A DNA stretch of 58,557 nucleotides from Thermoplasmatota archaeon (GCA_049617695.1 JBMZJT010000001.1:1-58557), one strand, 5' to 3'; counted from the first letter of the stretch, positions 19,818 to 28,403 are shown. A program made the numbers and translations. Notes: generated by a model from the sequence alone, not told the origin.

Positions 19818-21071
19818 GTGCCCTTTGACTGCCGTTTCCTTGGCGCTGCCGAGGACATTGGCCGCCTCGGTTTCGTGACCGAGATGGACGACCTGCGTTT
19901 CCTCTTCGACTATGGGATTGCGCCGGACAAGCCGCCGCTGTACCCCATTGAATCACCGAACATTGACCAAGTGTTCCTGACCCACGCTCACTTGGATCAC
20001 AGTGGCATGGTTCCTTGGCTGACGCGCTACGAAGCCACGGTCATGACGACCGGACCAACGGCCGAAGTGTCGACTTTGATGCATCGTGACAGCCTCAAGA
20101 TTGCGCGGATGGAAGGGTTCCCGGAGCCGTTCCAAGACGACGACATCGAGGCCACCCAGGACATGTATGACATCGTAGACCACCGCCACCCTCGCTGGGT
20201 CGGCGGCGTGGAATCCAGCTTCCACAGCGCGGGACACATTCCTGGCGCGTCGCAGGTCAAGTTGAATGCAGATCAAGGCACGATGGTGTTCACGGGCGAT
20301 TTGTACACTCGGCCACAGCGACTCGTTGGCGCCGGCAAGCCCCTGGATTGTGATGTGTTGCTGATGGAGACGACCTACGCTGGCCGCGAACACCCGGACC
20401 GCCGTGAAACCGAGCGGGAATACCTCGATTACGTGGATGATGTGACGCGCGCTGGCGGCACATTGCTGACGGCCGTGTTCGCCGTGGGTCGTGCCCAGGA
20501 AGTGGCCATGGTCTTGGCAGATCAAGGCTACAATGTCTGGCTTGACGGGATGGGTCGCCAAGTCAGTCGCATCTTCAGTCAATACCCCGAGTACCTGGCC
20601 GACCCCGCCAAGTATGAACGCGCCATGGGGCAAATCAAGTTCATCCGCAACCACCGGGGTCGCGGCGTCGCCCTGCGAGAAGCGGATGTCATCTTGACAA
20701 CCAGTGGCATGATGGATGGCGGCCCCATTCTGTACTACTTGGATCGTTTGCGCAACGATGCCAAGAGCGGCGTCGCCCTGACCGGCTACCAGGTCCGGGG
20801 CACGAACGGCCGCCGGTTGCTCGACGAAGGCGTGATTGACTTCGACACGCGCGACCCCGGAAAAAAGGTCCACAAGGTCCACACCCAAGTGCGGCACTTC
20901 GACTTCAGCGCGCACGCAGGCCATCAAGATCTCGTCAAGTTCGCAAAGGACACGGGTGCGGACGACATCGTGTTGTTCCACGGTGACAACCGGGAAGAAC
21001 TGGTGCCGGATCTCAGTGATTTCGCGACGGTTCACACGCCCAATCGCGGTGAAAACTTCCGCATCGGCTAG
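19818..21071 (+). CDS. metallo-beta-lactamase / beta-CASP ribonuclease (aCPSF2-like size class)
   Basis: 417 aa with a GTG start. It has the HxHxDH motif (THAHLDHSG), beta-CASP-like middle blocks (VLLMETTYAGREH, FAVGRAQE) and a C-terminal SAHAG motif. Confidence 0.8.
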   Translation: MPFDCRFLGAAEDIGRLGFVTEMDDLRFLFDYGIAPDKPPLYPIESPNIDQVFLTHAHLDHSGMVPWLTRYEATVMTTGPTAEVSTLMHRDSLKIARMEGFPEPFQDDDIEATQDMYDIVDHRHPRWVGGVESSFHSAGHIPGASQVKLNADQGTMVFTGDLYTRPQRLVGAGKPLDCDVLLMETTYAGREHPDRRETEREYLDYVDDVTRAGGTLLTAVFAVGRAQEVAMVLADQGYNVWLDGMGRQVSRIFSQYPEYLADPAKYERAMGQIKFIRNHRGRGVALREADVILTTSGMMDGGPILYYLDRLRNDAKSGVALTGYQVRGTNGRRLLDEGVIDFDTRDPGKKVHKVHTQVRHFDFSAHAGHQDLVKFAKDTGADDIVLFHGDNREELVPDLSDFATVHTPNRGENFRIG

Positions 21072-21114
21072 ACCCGCCAAGCCCTGGGCTCAGAGAAACC
21101 AGGGTGCCCCGATA

Positions 21115-21187
21115 AGCCGCTGACGTGATTTGAACACGTGACCTGCTGATTACGAATCAGCTGCTCTACCAACTAAGCCACAGCGGC
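21115..21187 (-). tRNA. tRNA-Thr (anticodon CGU)
   Basis: The reverse complement folds as a cloverleaf. Acceptor GCCGCUG/CAGCGGC, D arm GCUU/GAGC, anticodon stem GCUGA/UCAGC with loop UUCGUAA, T arm ACGUG-UUCAAAU-CACGU. No CCA is encoded. Confidence 0.9.
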
Positions 21188-21288
21188 GGATGGGCGCACG
21201 CGTTGACTCAAAGCGAGCCATCGGCGTGAGCAGACCACAAGGCGGAACGTGCCTTGCAGAGGGGCAATCGCCGCCGACACGGGACCCC

Positions 21289-21297
21289 CATTTAAAC
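21289..21297 (+). promoter_or_regulatory. TATA-like box (CATTTAAAC) about 27 nt upstream of the GTG at 21320; suggests a leaderless transcript
   Basis: This is the only A/T-rich octamer in the 132-nt spacer, and its spacing to the start codon fits an archaeal TATA-to-TSS distance. The call is based on position only. Confidence 0.3.
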
Positions 21298-21319
21298 GCC
21301 GCGACCGGGTCGCGCCATC

Positions 21320-21997
21320 GTGACTCGTGGCCTCATCCTCGCAGCCGGCATCGGCAGCCGTCTTGGACGAGATATGCCCAAGGCGCTGATTCCGTGGGGC
21401 GACGGCTGCATCGTGGATCAGCAACTCGAGAATTTGGCCGCCGCCGGCATTGATGACGTCACGATCGTGCTCGGATTTCAGGCGGATCGCGTCAAGAGTC
21501 ATGTCGCGGCTCGCTGGCCCCGCGTCACGTTCGTGGACAATCCCGATTACCTGGACACGAACACCGCGAAGTCCATGCTGATTGGCCTCAAGGGTGTGAG
21601 CGACGACGTCATTGCCCTCAATGGCGACGTGGTCTTCGACGCCCAAGTCCTCGATTTGCTCGCGCAAGCTCCTGGCACAGCCGTCGCCGTGGATCCGCGC
21701 GTCTGCGGCGATGAGGAAGTCAAGTACCGCGTGCGTGATGGGCGTCTCGTCGCGTTGTCCAAACAAGTCCACGGTGAAGGCGAAGCGGTTGGAATCAATC
21801 GATTCGCGGCGCAAGATTTGGACGCCCTACGAGTCGCGCTTGCCTATGTTGAAGACGGTGCCTACTTCGAGCGGGCCGTCGAGCACTTGCTCCCCTATGC
21901 GCATGTGCCAGTAGCCGTCGTGCCCATTGGCGACCTGCGGGCCGTGGAAATCGATTTCCCGGAAGATCTGGACCAAGCGCATCGGATGTTTCCATGA
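21320..21997 (+). CDS. nucleotidyltransferase (sugar-phosphate / phosphobase NTP-transferase family)
   Basis: 225 aa with the N-terminal signature LILAAGIGSRLG...PKAL, followed by DNPDY..TN..S. Confidence 0.75.
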   Translation: MTRGLILAAGIGSRLGRDMPKALIPWGDGCIVDQQLENLAAAGIDDVTIVLGFQADRVKSHVAARWPRVTFVDNPDYLDTNTAKSMLIGLKGVSDDVIALNGDVVFDAQVLDLLAQAPGTAVAVDPRVCGDEEVKYRVRDGRLVALSKQVHGEGEAVGINRFAAQDLDALRVALAYVEDGAYFERAVEHLLPYAHVPVAVVPIGDLRAVEIDFPEDLDQAHRMFP

Positions 21998-22770
21998 AGG
22001 TCTCGGTCATCGTCACGACCTATAACGAAGCCAAGCACATTCGTCACTTGCTTGACAGCCTACGCCATCAAGACGGACTTCACGAAGTGATCCTCGTGGA
22101 TGCCGGCAGCAGCGACGACACGGTTGCCATCGCCAAGCGCATTGCAGACGTGCCCCTGCGGGTTATCGTTGAGCCATGTAGCCGCGGTGCCGGACGAAAC
22201 ATTGGCGCTCGGGAGGCCACGGGCGACTTGCTTGCCTTCATCGATGGAGACTGCATCGCCAACAGCCGCTGGTTGGAGGCAATGTTGGCGGCGTGGGATG
22301 GCGAATCGGTGCTGGCCGGCCGCACGGAAATGCTGGGCTATTGGGCCTTCACCAAACTGCACCGCGTGGAGTTGCCCCACCAGAATCAGGACACGACGTG
22401 GCCAAGTTGCAACCTCGCGTATCCTCGTGGCCTGTTCGAGGCCATCGGTGGCTTCGATGAGCGGTTCGTCACGGCCGAAGACATTGACCTGAACTTCCGC
22501 GCCGTGGATGCCGGCGCGCGCATCCAGCATGTGCGGGCGGCCATCGTGTATGCGCGGGCTCGCGACAGCATTACGGGATTCCTGCGCCAAGCCTATTGGA
22601 ATGGATTTGGCCGCAAGCAACTCACCCAGAAACATGGGCGATTGTGGCACGAGTACAAGATCACCGACATGATTCGATTGCAAGGGGGATCCTTCTGGGG
22701 CTTGCTTCGCATGGGGTTCGGGTTCTTTGGCTACATGGCGGCCAAGGCAGGTCGCAGGCCGCCGCACTGA
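21994..22770 (+). CDS. family 2 glycosyltransferase
   Basis: KVSVIVTTYNEAKHI ... ILVDAGSSDDT ... FIDGDC (DxD). The start overlaps the upstream stop by 4 nt. Confidence 0.8.
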   Translation: MKVSVIVTTYNEAKHIRHLLDSLRHQDGLHEVILVDAGSSDDTVAIAKRIADVPLRVIVEPCSRGAGRNIGAREATGDLLAFIDGDCIANSRWLEAMLAAWDGESVLAGRTEMLGYWAFTKLHRVELPHQNQDTTWPSCNLAYPRGLFEAIGGFDERFVTAEDIDLNFRAVDAGARIQHVRAAIVYARARDSITGFLRQAYWNGFGRKQLTQKHGRLWHEYKITDMIRLQGGSFWGLLRMGFGFFGYMAAKAGRRPPH

Positions 22771-22795
22771 AGAAGGTGGGCTGCGTCAACCGCCT

Positions 22796-23491
22796 GTGCG
22801 CGTCACGATCTGCATTCCCACGCTCAACGAAGAGCAGGGCATCGGCCCAACCTTGGACAGTGTGGATCGAGCCGCGTTCCAGTCGTTGGGCCACGAGGTG
22901 GACTTCTTGGTCGTCGATGGTGCGAGCCAAGATCGGACGCAGGTCGAGGCGGAAGCGCGGGGCGCCAAGGTCCTGATCGAGCCGCGCAAGGGCTACGGCC
23001 GGGCGTACAAATCCGGATTCGCAGCCGCCGAGGGGGACATCCTTGTCACCGGCGACGCCGACGGAACCTACCCGTTTGACAAGGCCCACGAATACGTCCA
23101 GTATCTCTTGGAGAATGATCTCGACTTCGTCACCTGCGATCGCTATGGTCAATTGATGCCCGGCTCCATGAGCGGCAAGCATCGCCTGGGCAACTGGGTC
23201 TTGAGCCAAACGACGCGGACGCTGTTTCGAGTTCGGCTGCGCGACAGCCAAAGCGGCATGTGGATCATCCGCAAGGGCGCCCTGGCCAAGTTGCCCATTG
23301 AGCGGTTGCCTGACGGGATGGCGTTCAGTCAGGAAATCAAAATCCATGCCCTGAGGCAGCGGGAACTGCGCGCCGCGGAGATTCCGTCCGAGCTTCATCC
23401 TCGCATCGGCGATGCCGTCATTGAATCCTGGCGCGACGGCTTGGGGAACCTCAAGGCGCTTTTCGGACTGCGCCTGCGCGGCTCAAGGTAG
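22796..23491 (+). CDS. family 2 glycosyltransferase, dolichyl-phosphate hexose synthase-like
   Basis: A GTG at 22796 gives VRVTICIPTLNEEQGIGPTL ... VVDGASQDRT ... TGDADGTY ... SQSGMWIIR. The longer ORF from 22727 would overlap the previous gene by 44 nt. Confidence 0.75.
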   Translation: MRVTICIPTLNEEQGIGPTLDSVDRAAFQSLGHEVDFLVVDGASQDRTQVEAEARGAKVLIEPRKGYGRAYKSGFAAAEGDILVTGDADGTYPFDKAHEYVQYLLENDLDFVTCDRYGQLMPGSMSGKHRLGNWVLSQTTRTLFRVRLRDSQSGMWIIRKGALAKLPIERLPDGMAFSQEIKIHALRQRELRAAEIPSELHPRIGDAVIESWRDGLGNLKALFGLRLRGSR

Positions 23492-24049
23492 ATTGGGCAT
23501 CCGGGCCGGCTGCAACGCGTCCAGGTCACAATCCAATGCAGATGCCAGCTCCGCATGGAGCGCCTCGATGCGTTTCCAGGCTTCGGGGAGGGCCTTGGCT
23601 TCGTACTTGCGCTGCACTTGTTCTAGATCAAGGCGCTTGGCACCACTGTACAAGTTGTCTGCGTGCGCGACGATGCGTTCCTCCCAGCTGCGCGGCATGT
23701 AGTCCCGCGCAGGCAAGCCCGCGGCGGCGGCCTCAGGGGGTTCGAGTCCGGCGCCGGTGTGGCATTCGACGACGCGTGCCAGCACCTCGCTTGCCCCGTC
23801 GGTGCGCAGCATGTCTGCCCCCAGGTATGCGTGCCGGAGATCTTGGGTGATGCTTCGGCCGATGTCGTGAAGCAAGGCGCCGCGCGACACGAGTCCTTCG
23901 TGGACTGGAATGCCTTGGCGCGTTGCTTGTTGCGTCATCGCAATGGCGAGGCCTTCGACGGCTCGTACATGATCGAGCACCCAGTCGGGGGGCGCCGCTT
24001 GGCGCAGGCGTTGCCAGGCTTCAATCCTGGAAGGCAGGTGCAAGTTCAT
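23483..24049 (-). CDS. HD-domain metal-dependent phosphohydrolase
   Basis: The ATG at 24049 (MNLHLPS) gives 188 aa. It has the LLHDIGR motif and a downstream HTGAG / HADN block. Confidence 0.7.
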   Translation of the reverse strand: MNLHLPSRIEAWQRLRQAAPPDWVLDHVRAVEGLAIAMTQQATRQGIPVHEGLVSRGALLHDIGRSITQDLRHAYLGADMLRTDGASEVLARVVECHTGAGLEPPEAAAAGLPARDYMPRSWEERIVAHADNLYSGAKRLDLEQVQRKYEAKALPEAWKRIEALHAELASALDCDLDALQPARMPNLP

Positions 24050-24551
24050 CGACGCGCTCCTGCATCTTGGCAATGATGTCGCCATTGTCCACGGGAGCCA
24101 TGGGTTCCTGGCAGACGGGGCACTGGAATCCAATGTCCATCGCGTCTTCGAAGATGATGCGCCGGTGGAGTTGGGGGCAGGCGTAGAATTCGTGGTCCTG
24201 CTCGAATTGGATTTGCTTGCGCAGGCTGGCAAGTTCGTCGGCCCAGCGGCGGCGCAGAATCAACCCGATTTCGGGCAAATCCAGATTCCAGATGAACGTC
24301 TCCCAGCCGCTGGAGTCGGTTTCCTTCTCGTATTCGGCCGCGTGGGCTTCCATGAGGCGGTAGAGGACTTTGCGCACATCGCTGGGCTTGCGGTCCTCGA
24401 AGTGTTCCACGATGTCGACGCCACTGATGGGATTGTTTTCTTCCATGTAGCGCGCCATCTCCAGGGCTTCCTCGCCGACCTCTTCAAAGAGATAGGCTTG
24501 GACTTCCGGATCGCTCAACTTGGGCTTCCAGTCAGGGCCGCGGACGCTCAC
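24021..24551 (-). CDS. tfe: transcription factor E (TFIIE-alpha homologue)
   Basis: A GTG at 24551 gives 176 aa. It has an N-terminal winged helix (EEALEMARYMEENNPISGVDIVEHFEDRKPSDVRKVLYRLMEAH) and a C-terminal zinc-ribbon remnant (YACPQ...FQCPVCQEPM). Confidence 0.7.
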   Translation of the reverse strand: MSVRGPDWKPKLSDPEVQAYLFEEVGEEALEMARYMEENNPISGVDIVEHFEDRKPSDVRKVLYRLMEAHAAEYEKETDSSGWETFIWNLDLPEIGLILRRRWADELASLRKQIQFEQDHEFYACPQLHRRIIFEDAMDIGFQCPVCQEPMAPVDNGDIIAKMQERVDELAPAFQD

Positions 24552-24585
24552 TGCTGGATGATGGAGCTCGCGAGGATAACCGTTG

Positions 24586-25113
24586 TCAATCCTGCGGTTC
24601 CAGCTTCTTGCCGTGGGCTTGCGGGATGACCTTGACTTGGGCGCCATCGAAATCGTCGTGCTCCCAGGCGCCGCGACGCAGGCGATCCAACAGGAGTGCC
24701 AATGCCGCAACCTCGGAGTGGGGTTGGTTGCCGACGGCGACGTTTTCGTCGGCGAGCTTGTAGAGGTCACCGGGGACCTTTTCGGCGCCGACCACGACGA
24801 GGACATCGCTGCCGCGCTCATGGATGGCTGGCACCGCTTCGTGAAGGGGTCGGCCGTACATGGTCAGGTGGACGACTTGACCGCCGTCGGCTTTCCATTG
24901 CTTGACGACGCCCTTCCAGCCGGTATTGTCGTCGACCTCGAAGCCGCCGCCAAACCGCGTGCTGAGGTCACGAACCGATTCGACGACATGGCCGTCTTCT
25001 TCGGCGATGTGGGCTGCGCGGGCACCCATGGCGCGGGCCGTAAGGCAGACATGGGTCGTGATGCGCTTGTCACGCTGTGGACGGTGGCCGAGGCGTAAGA
25101 CTTCGATGTTCAT
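24586..25113 (-). CDS. trm56: tRNA (cytidine56-2'-O)-methyltransferase aTrm56 (SPOUT)
   Basis: 175 aa. LRLGHRPQRDKRITTHVCLTARAMGA and VVVGAEKVP blocks are typical of aTrm56. Confidence 0.8.
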   Translation of the reverse strand: MNIEVLRLGHRPQRDKRITTHVCLTARAMGARAAHIAEEDGHVVESVRDLSTRFGGGFEVDDNTGWKGVVKQWKADGGQVVHLTMYGRPLHEAVPAIHERGSDVLVVVGAEKVPGDLYKLADENVAVGNQPHSEVAALALLLDRLRRGAWEHDDFDGAQVKVIPQAHGKKLEPQD

Positions 25114-25778
25114 GCAGCACGCAACATGACGGACAGGTCAATGGCTTCGTCGTCGCGCACCGGCAAGGCATCGCGCAGGCAAACTGGCGCGATGACTTCG
25201 AGGACCGTGGTGTAGTGGCTTCGGTGGGGCAGGATGGCGGCGCAGGCGATGTCGCCGATGGTTGCTGGATGGCAGGTGACGCCACCGAACGTGCGGCCCT
25301 CCGCACGGAAGCCTTCGATCTGGAAGACGGGGTTCTTGCGCAGGAATCGGATCTTGTTGGCTTCGGCGCCGCCGAGTTCCAGGTTCAACGTGCCTGGGTA
25401 CGGCGTCCAGCCGAGATGTTCCTCAAATTGTTGCTCGTAGCCGGGACGGCTCAGGTAGTAGCGGCCTTCACCGAGGCCACTTTGCACCCGGCCGCGGATC
25501 TGGATGCGGTCCTGTCCCTCGAAGAGGCGCTGGTAGAGCATGTGTTCGGCGCGCAGGACGTCGCGACCGTTTTGCGTGAGTCGGATGCGTTGTTTGCGGA
25601 CGCCCATTTCGCGGTGAATCAAGTCGCCATCGGCGAGTTCGATGAGGCGCCGACTCGCTGTTTGCTGGCTGACGTCAATCAGCGCGGCGAAGTCGCCACT
25701 GGCAAGTTCCACATGGTCGTCCATGCCGCCGAGCAAGGCGAGTTGTTTGAGGGCCTCCACGTCTGCGGGTCGCACCAC
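25110..25778 (-). CDS. ribK: HTH-fused CTP-dependent riboflavin kinase (RbkR/RibK type)
   Basis: GTG start. It has an N-terminal wHTH (FAALIDVSQQTASRRLIELADGDLI) and a C-terminal kinase domain with PYPGTLNLEL and GRTFGGVTCHPA blocks. Confidence 0.8.
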   Translation of the reverse strand: MVRPADVEALKQLALLGGMDDHVELASGDFAALIDVSQQTASRRLIELADGDLIHREMGVRKQRIRLTQNGRDVLRAEHMLYQRLFEGQDRIQIRGRVQSGLGEGRYYLSRPGYEQQFEEHLGWTPYPGTLNLELGGAEANKIRFLRKNPVFQIEGFRAEGRTFGGVTCHPATIGDIACAAILPHRSHYTTVLEVIAPVCLRDALPVRDDEAIDLSVMLRAA

Positions 25779-27684
25779 AGCCGCGCCACCAAAGCCCCTT
25801 ACTTACGCGTTTCCGGGTCGGTGAGCGTCGCGTGTAGGTCCTCGAACAACGCCTTGTCGCAGCGAGCCGTTGGACGATCAATTCGGGGGTGCTGCGGGCC
25901 ACGTGCCCCATCTTGGGGCAGCGGTCCACGAGAAGTTGGTCGTTCTCATCGAGGCCAATTGCATCAATGCCGTCGACGCGAACTGGAGCGCGCACGTGAC
26001 TGAGGATCGCTTCACTCATGTGCGTCACCAGGACGCAGAGGCTGTCGCTGGCCGCCATGCGGTCGAGGAAGAATGCCAGGATGCGGCCTGCGGCTTCCAG
26101 TTCCGTGACGGACTCCACTTCATCTGCCAGAACCAACCGCTTGGCATCGCCGCCTGCAATCGGCAGGAAGCTGCGCAGGAACGTCTCGAATGCGCCAGCG
26201 TCCAACCCCCGCCGCGCTGTGACGTAGTGCAATTCGTCCACCCATGGCACCGTGACGCCTTGGCCGACAACGGGTAGGCCCATGCGGGTCATCAACGACA
26301 ACTGGGCCAGGTGTTCAAGGAGTGTCGATTTGCCACCACTGTTGGCGCCGGTCAGGACGACGAGGCGCTCGTCGCCGCCGAGGCGGTAGGGAATGCGCTG
26401 TGCCGATTCTTGGTCGGCTAGAGCCAGGTGAATGCTGGCTTCAAAGGCAAAGCCGTCCCCGAGTTTGGGCGCGTGCAGATCGTGGTGGAGTGCAAAGCAA
26501 CCCAAGGCAAAGTCGGCATCGTATTCGAGCCACGTCGCGACTTCCGCGTGCAGGGCTTCTTGGTGGCGGGCAATGACTTGTGCTGCTTTCTGGGCATCCC
26601 TGTGTTGCTGCGCGCGGCCCAGGCTGCGGTGTTCATCCACCACGCGATCCACTTCGTCCTCGTCGATGCTGACGGGGAATGTGGCTTCCAATGCACGGAG
26701 GCTGCAGCCGGTGGCTGCCTGCAATTCTTTGTGAACGGCGGCAAGGACGTCGTCCAGCACGGCGCGGACGGCCGGTGGGGGCGTGTTGGCGCTCAGGGCT
26801 CGCATCAATTCCACTGCGGGCAGCGCAAGGTTGCCCAAGGCTTCCTCGATGCGCTGGTCGGCATCCACGCGGGCAGCTTCGACGGCGTCGCGTAGTTTTC
26901 GTTCGTCAAACGGCCGGACGCCTGGGACTTCCAGCGCTTCGAGCACGTCCGGCGACACCGTTTCGCGGCCAAAACGCTCGGCGAGTTCTTGGCACGCTTC
27001 GATGACGGGGCGGTTGGCGTGTCCCCAGGAAAGAAGGGCTTGGGGGGCGGCTTGCCATAGCTCGGGTAATTCCGGGATTTCCAGGTCCGCTGGCAAATCC
27101 AAGTCGCCCGCGGCGAGGATCAATTCGGCATCCGCCGAGGCGCCGTCTCGGGCGGTTCCGAGGTAGCACCATCGGCCGGCGCCGATGCCGTGCAAGTGTT
27201 CGTAGGCATCGTCCGTTGCCGCGACGAGGAGTGTGGTCGTGTCGCAGACTGGATTTGGGGCCTTCAGCGCACGAAGTTGTCGCAGGGCACGGCGGACGGC
27301 CTCGCGGTCGATGGCGGCGACGGCTTCCTTCTGGGCCATGACGTGCGCGATGCGCTCCAGGGCGGCATCTTCATTGGCCAGCGGGGCCAGCAAGCGCAGC
27401 CGGTTGCGGCCTGCATCCGTCGTGGCAAAGCGCATGAGGCGGCGCATGACTTCATCGTGCAGCTTGCGCGTGGCGGGCGTGGCCAGGAAATCGTGGGCAC
27501 CGTCGTGGCCGTTGATGTGGCGCACGAGATCGATGGCACGTTTCGGGCTCAAGCCTTCGACCTGCTGGATGGCTTCGAGATCGAGGCGTTTGGCGGCTTG
27601 GATGAAGGCATCGTCGCCGTCGAAGCGGCGGCGAATGGCCACGGCGAGTTGAGGTCCGATGCCGGGGAGTTCTTCGAGGTTCAC
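25675..27684 (-). CDS. MutS-family ATPase with N-terminal helix-hairpin-helix region (archaeal MutS-like; not canonical MutS1)
   Basis: GTG start. HhH motif ELPGIGPQLAVAI; Walker A TGANSGGKST; Walker B/D-loop LVLADEVESVTE. The last ~65 codons are Arg-rich and overlap ribK by 104 nt. An alternative frame ends cleanly at 25799 (see findings). Confidence 0.8.
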   Translation of the reverse strand: MNLEELPGIGPQLAVAIRRRFDGDDAFIQAAKRLDLEAIQQVEGLSPKRAIDLVRHINGHDGAHDFLATPATRKLHDEVMRRLMRFATTDAGRNRLRLLAPLANEDAALERIAHVMAQKEAVAAIDREAVRRALRQLRALKAPNPVCDTTTLLVAATDDAYEHLHGIGAGRWCYLGTARDGASADAELILAAGDLDLPADLEIPELPELWQAAPQALLSWGHANRPVIEACQELAERFGRETVSPDVLEALEVPGVRPFDERKLRDAVEAARVDADQRIEEALGNLALPAVELMRALSANTPPPAVRAVLDDVLAAVHKELQAATGCSLRALEATFPVSIDEDEVDRVVDEHRSLGRAQQHRDAQKAAQVIARHQEALHAEVATWLEYDADFALGCFALHHDLHAPKLGDGFAFEASIHLALADQESAQRIPYRLGGDERLVVLTGANSGGKSTLLEHLAQLSLMTRMGLPVVGQGVTVPWVDELHYVTARRGLDAGAFETFLRSFLPIAGGDAKRLVLADEVESVTELEAAGRILAFFLDRMAASDSLCVLVTHMSEAILSHVRAPVRVDGIDAIGLDENDQLLVDRCPKMGHVARSTPELIVQRLAATRRCSRTYTRRSPTRKRVSKGLWWRGCGATRRRGGPQTTRLARRHGRPCGTCQWRLRRAD

Positions 27685-28208
27685 AGGTCGGTACCTCCGT
27701 CAGCCGGGCGAATCTTGTTTTCGTCGCGCAGCTCGTAATCTTGGTCCATCCGGTAGACTTGGAAGTACATGTCATCGAGCAGTTCGCCGGTGCGCTTGTC
27801 TTTGCGGCCGCGCTTGGAGCCGACCCAGCGCCAGATTTCGACTTCGTCGAACAATTCGTCCCACGGGACTTCCGCCAAGTCCGCCTTTTTCTGGCCGATG
27901 CCGCTGTGGGCCGTGACCTGAATCCATCGCGTCCGTTGGCCGCGTTTCTTGGCCACGAGGTCGATGCAGCCAAAGACGTCGTTGCTCTGGCTGAAATACA
28001 TCTTGCCGCGCTTGACACCGGTCCGGACGCAGCGGTGGACCTTGTATCCCTGGGCCTCGAGCATTTTGATGGCTGTCAGCTCGATGGCCGTGCCTTTGGC
28101 GCTGGTGTTGACCTTCTTCGGGCGGGCGGGCTCGGTCGCGGGAATGGCCACGCCGGGAAGTCGTGGTCGCAGCTTACAGCGGAGAGGGTCGGGCAGGTGA
28201 AAGTACAC
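27681..28208 (-). CDS. putative PD-(D/E)xK-fold nuclease (Hjc/Hje-like core), 175 aa
   Basis: The core KGTAIELTAIKMLEAQGYKVHR ... VFGCIDLVAKKRG ... WIQVTAH resembles the E...D...(E/Q)xK arrangement of archaeal Holliday-junction-resolvase-like nucleases, although the third motif deviates. Its stop overlaps the MutS-like GTG (GTGA). Confidence 0.45.
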   Translation of the reverse strand: MYFHLPDPLRCKLRPRLPGVAIPATEPARPKKVNTSAKGTAIELTAIKMLEAQGYKVHRCVRTGVKRGKMYFSQSNDVFGCIDLVAKKRGQRTRWIQVTAHSGIGQKKADLAEVPWDELFDEVEIWRWVGSKRGRKDKRTGELLDDMYFQVYRMDQDYELRDENKIRPADGGTDL

Positions 28209-28403
28209 TTTTGGGCAAGGGTGCAGGGCCCCGGTCCAAACCGTTCTATATCCCCGAAGTCAATACAGAAGTCTGCGTGGCACACCCGATTCTCGCGGGC
28301 CTTGCGCCGACCGCCGGCAACCTCCGGCACCCCCGACGGGGCGATTGGACAGCGGACAAGGGCCACGCCATTTCCCTTTGACCAGAAACCCTGAGGCCAG
28401 ACC

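Noticed and set aside
21082-21104. Hairpin CCCTGG-N11-CCAGGG between the convergent beta-CASP gene and tRNA-Thr as a terminator
   Set aside because: Archaeal termination relies mainly on oligo-T tracts and this stem is short. It is plausible, but not supportable as a feature from sequence alone.
21173-21814. 213-aa minus-strand ORF overlapping tRNA-Thr and antisense to the nucleotidyltransferase gene
   Set aside because: It overlaps a well-folded tRNA and has no motifs. The plus-strand gene carries the NTP-transferase signature.
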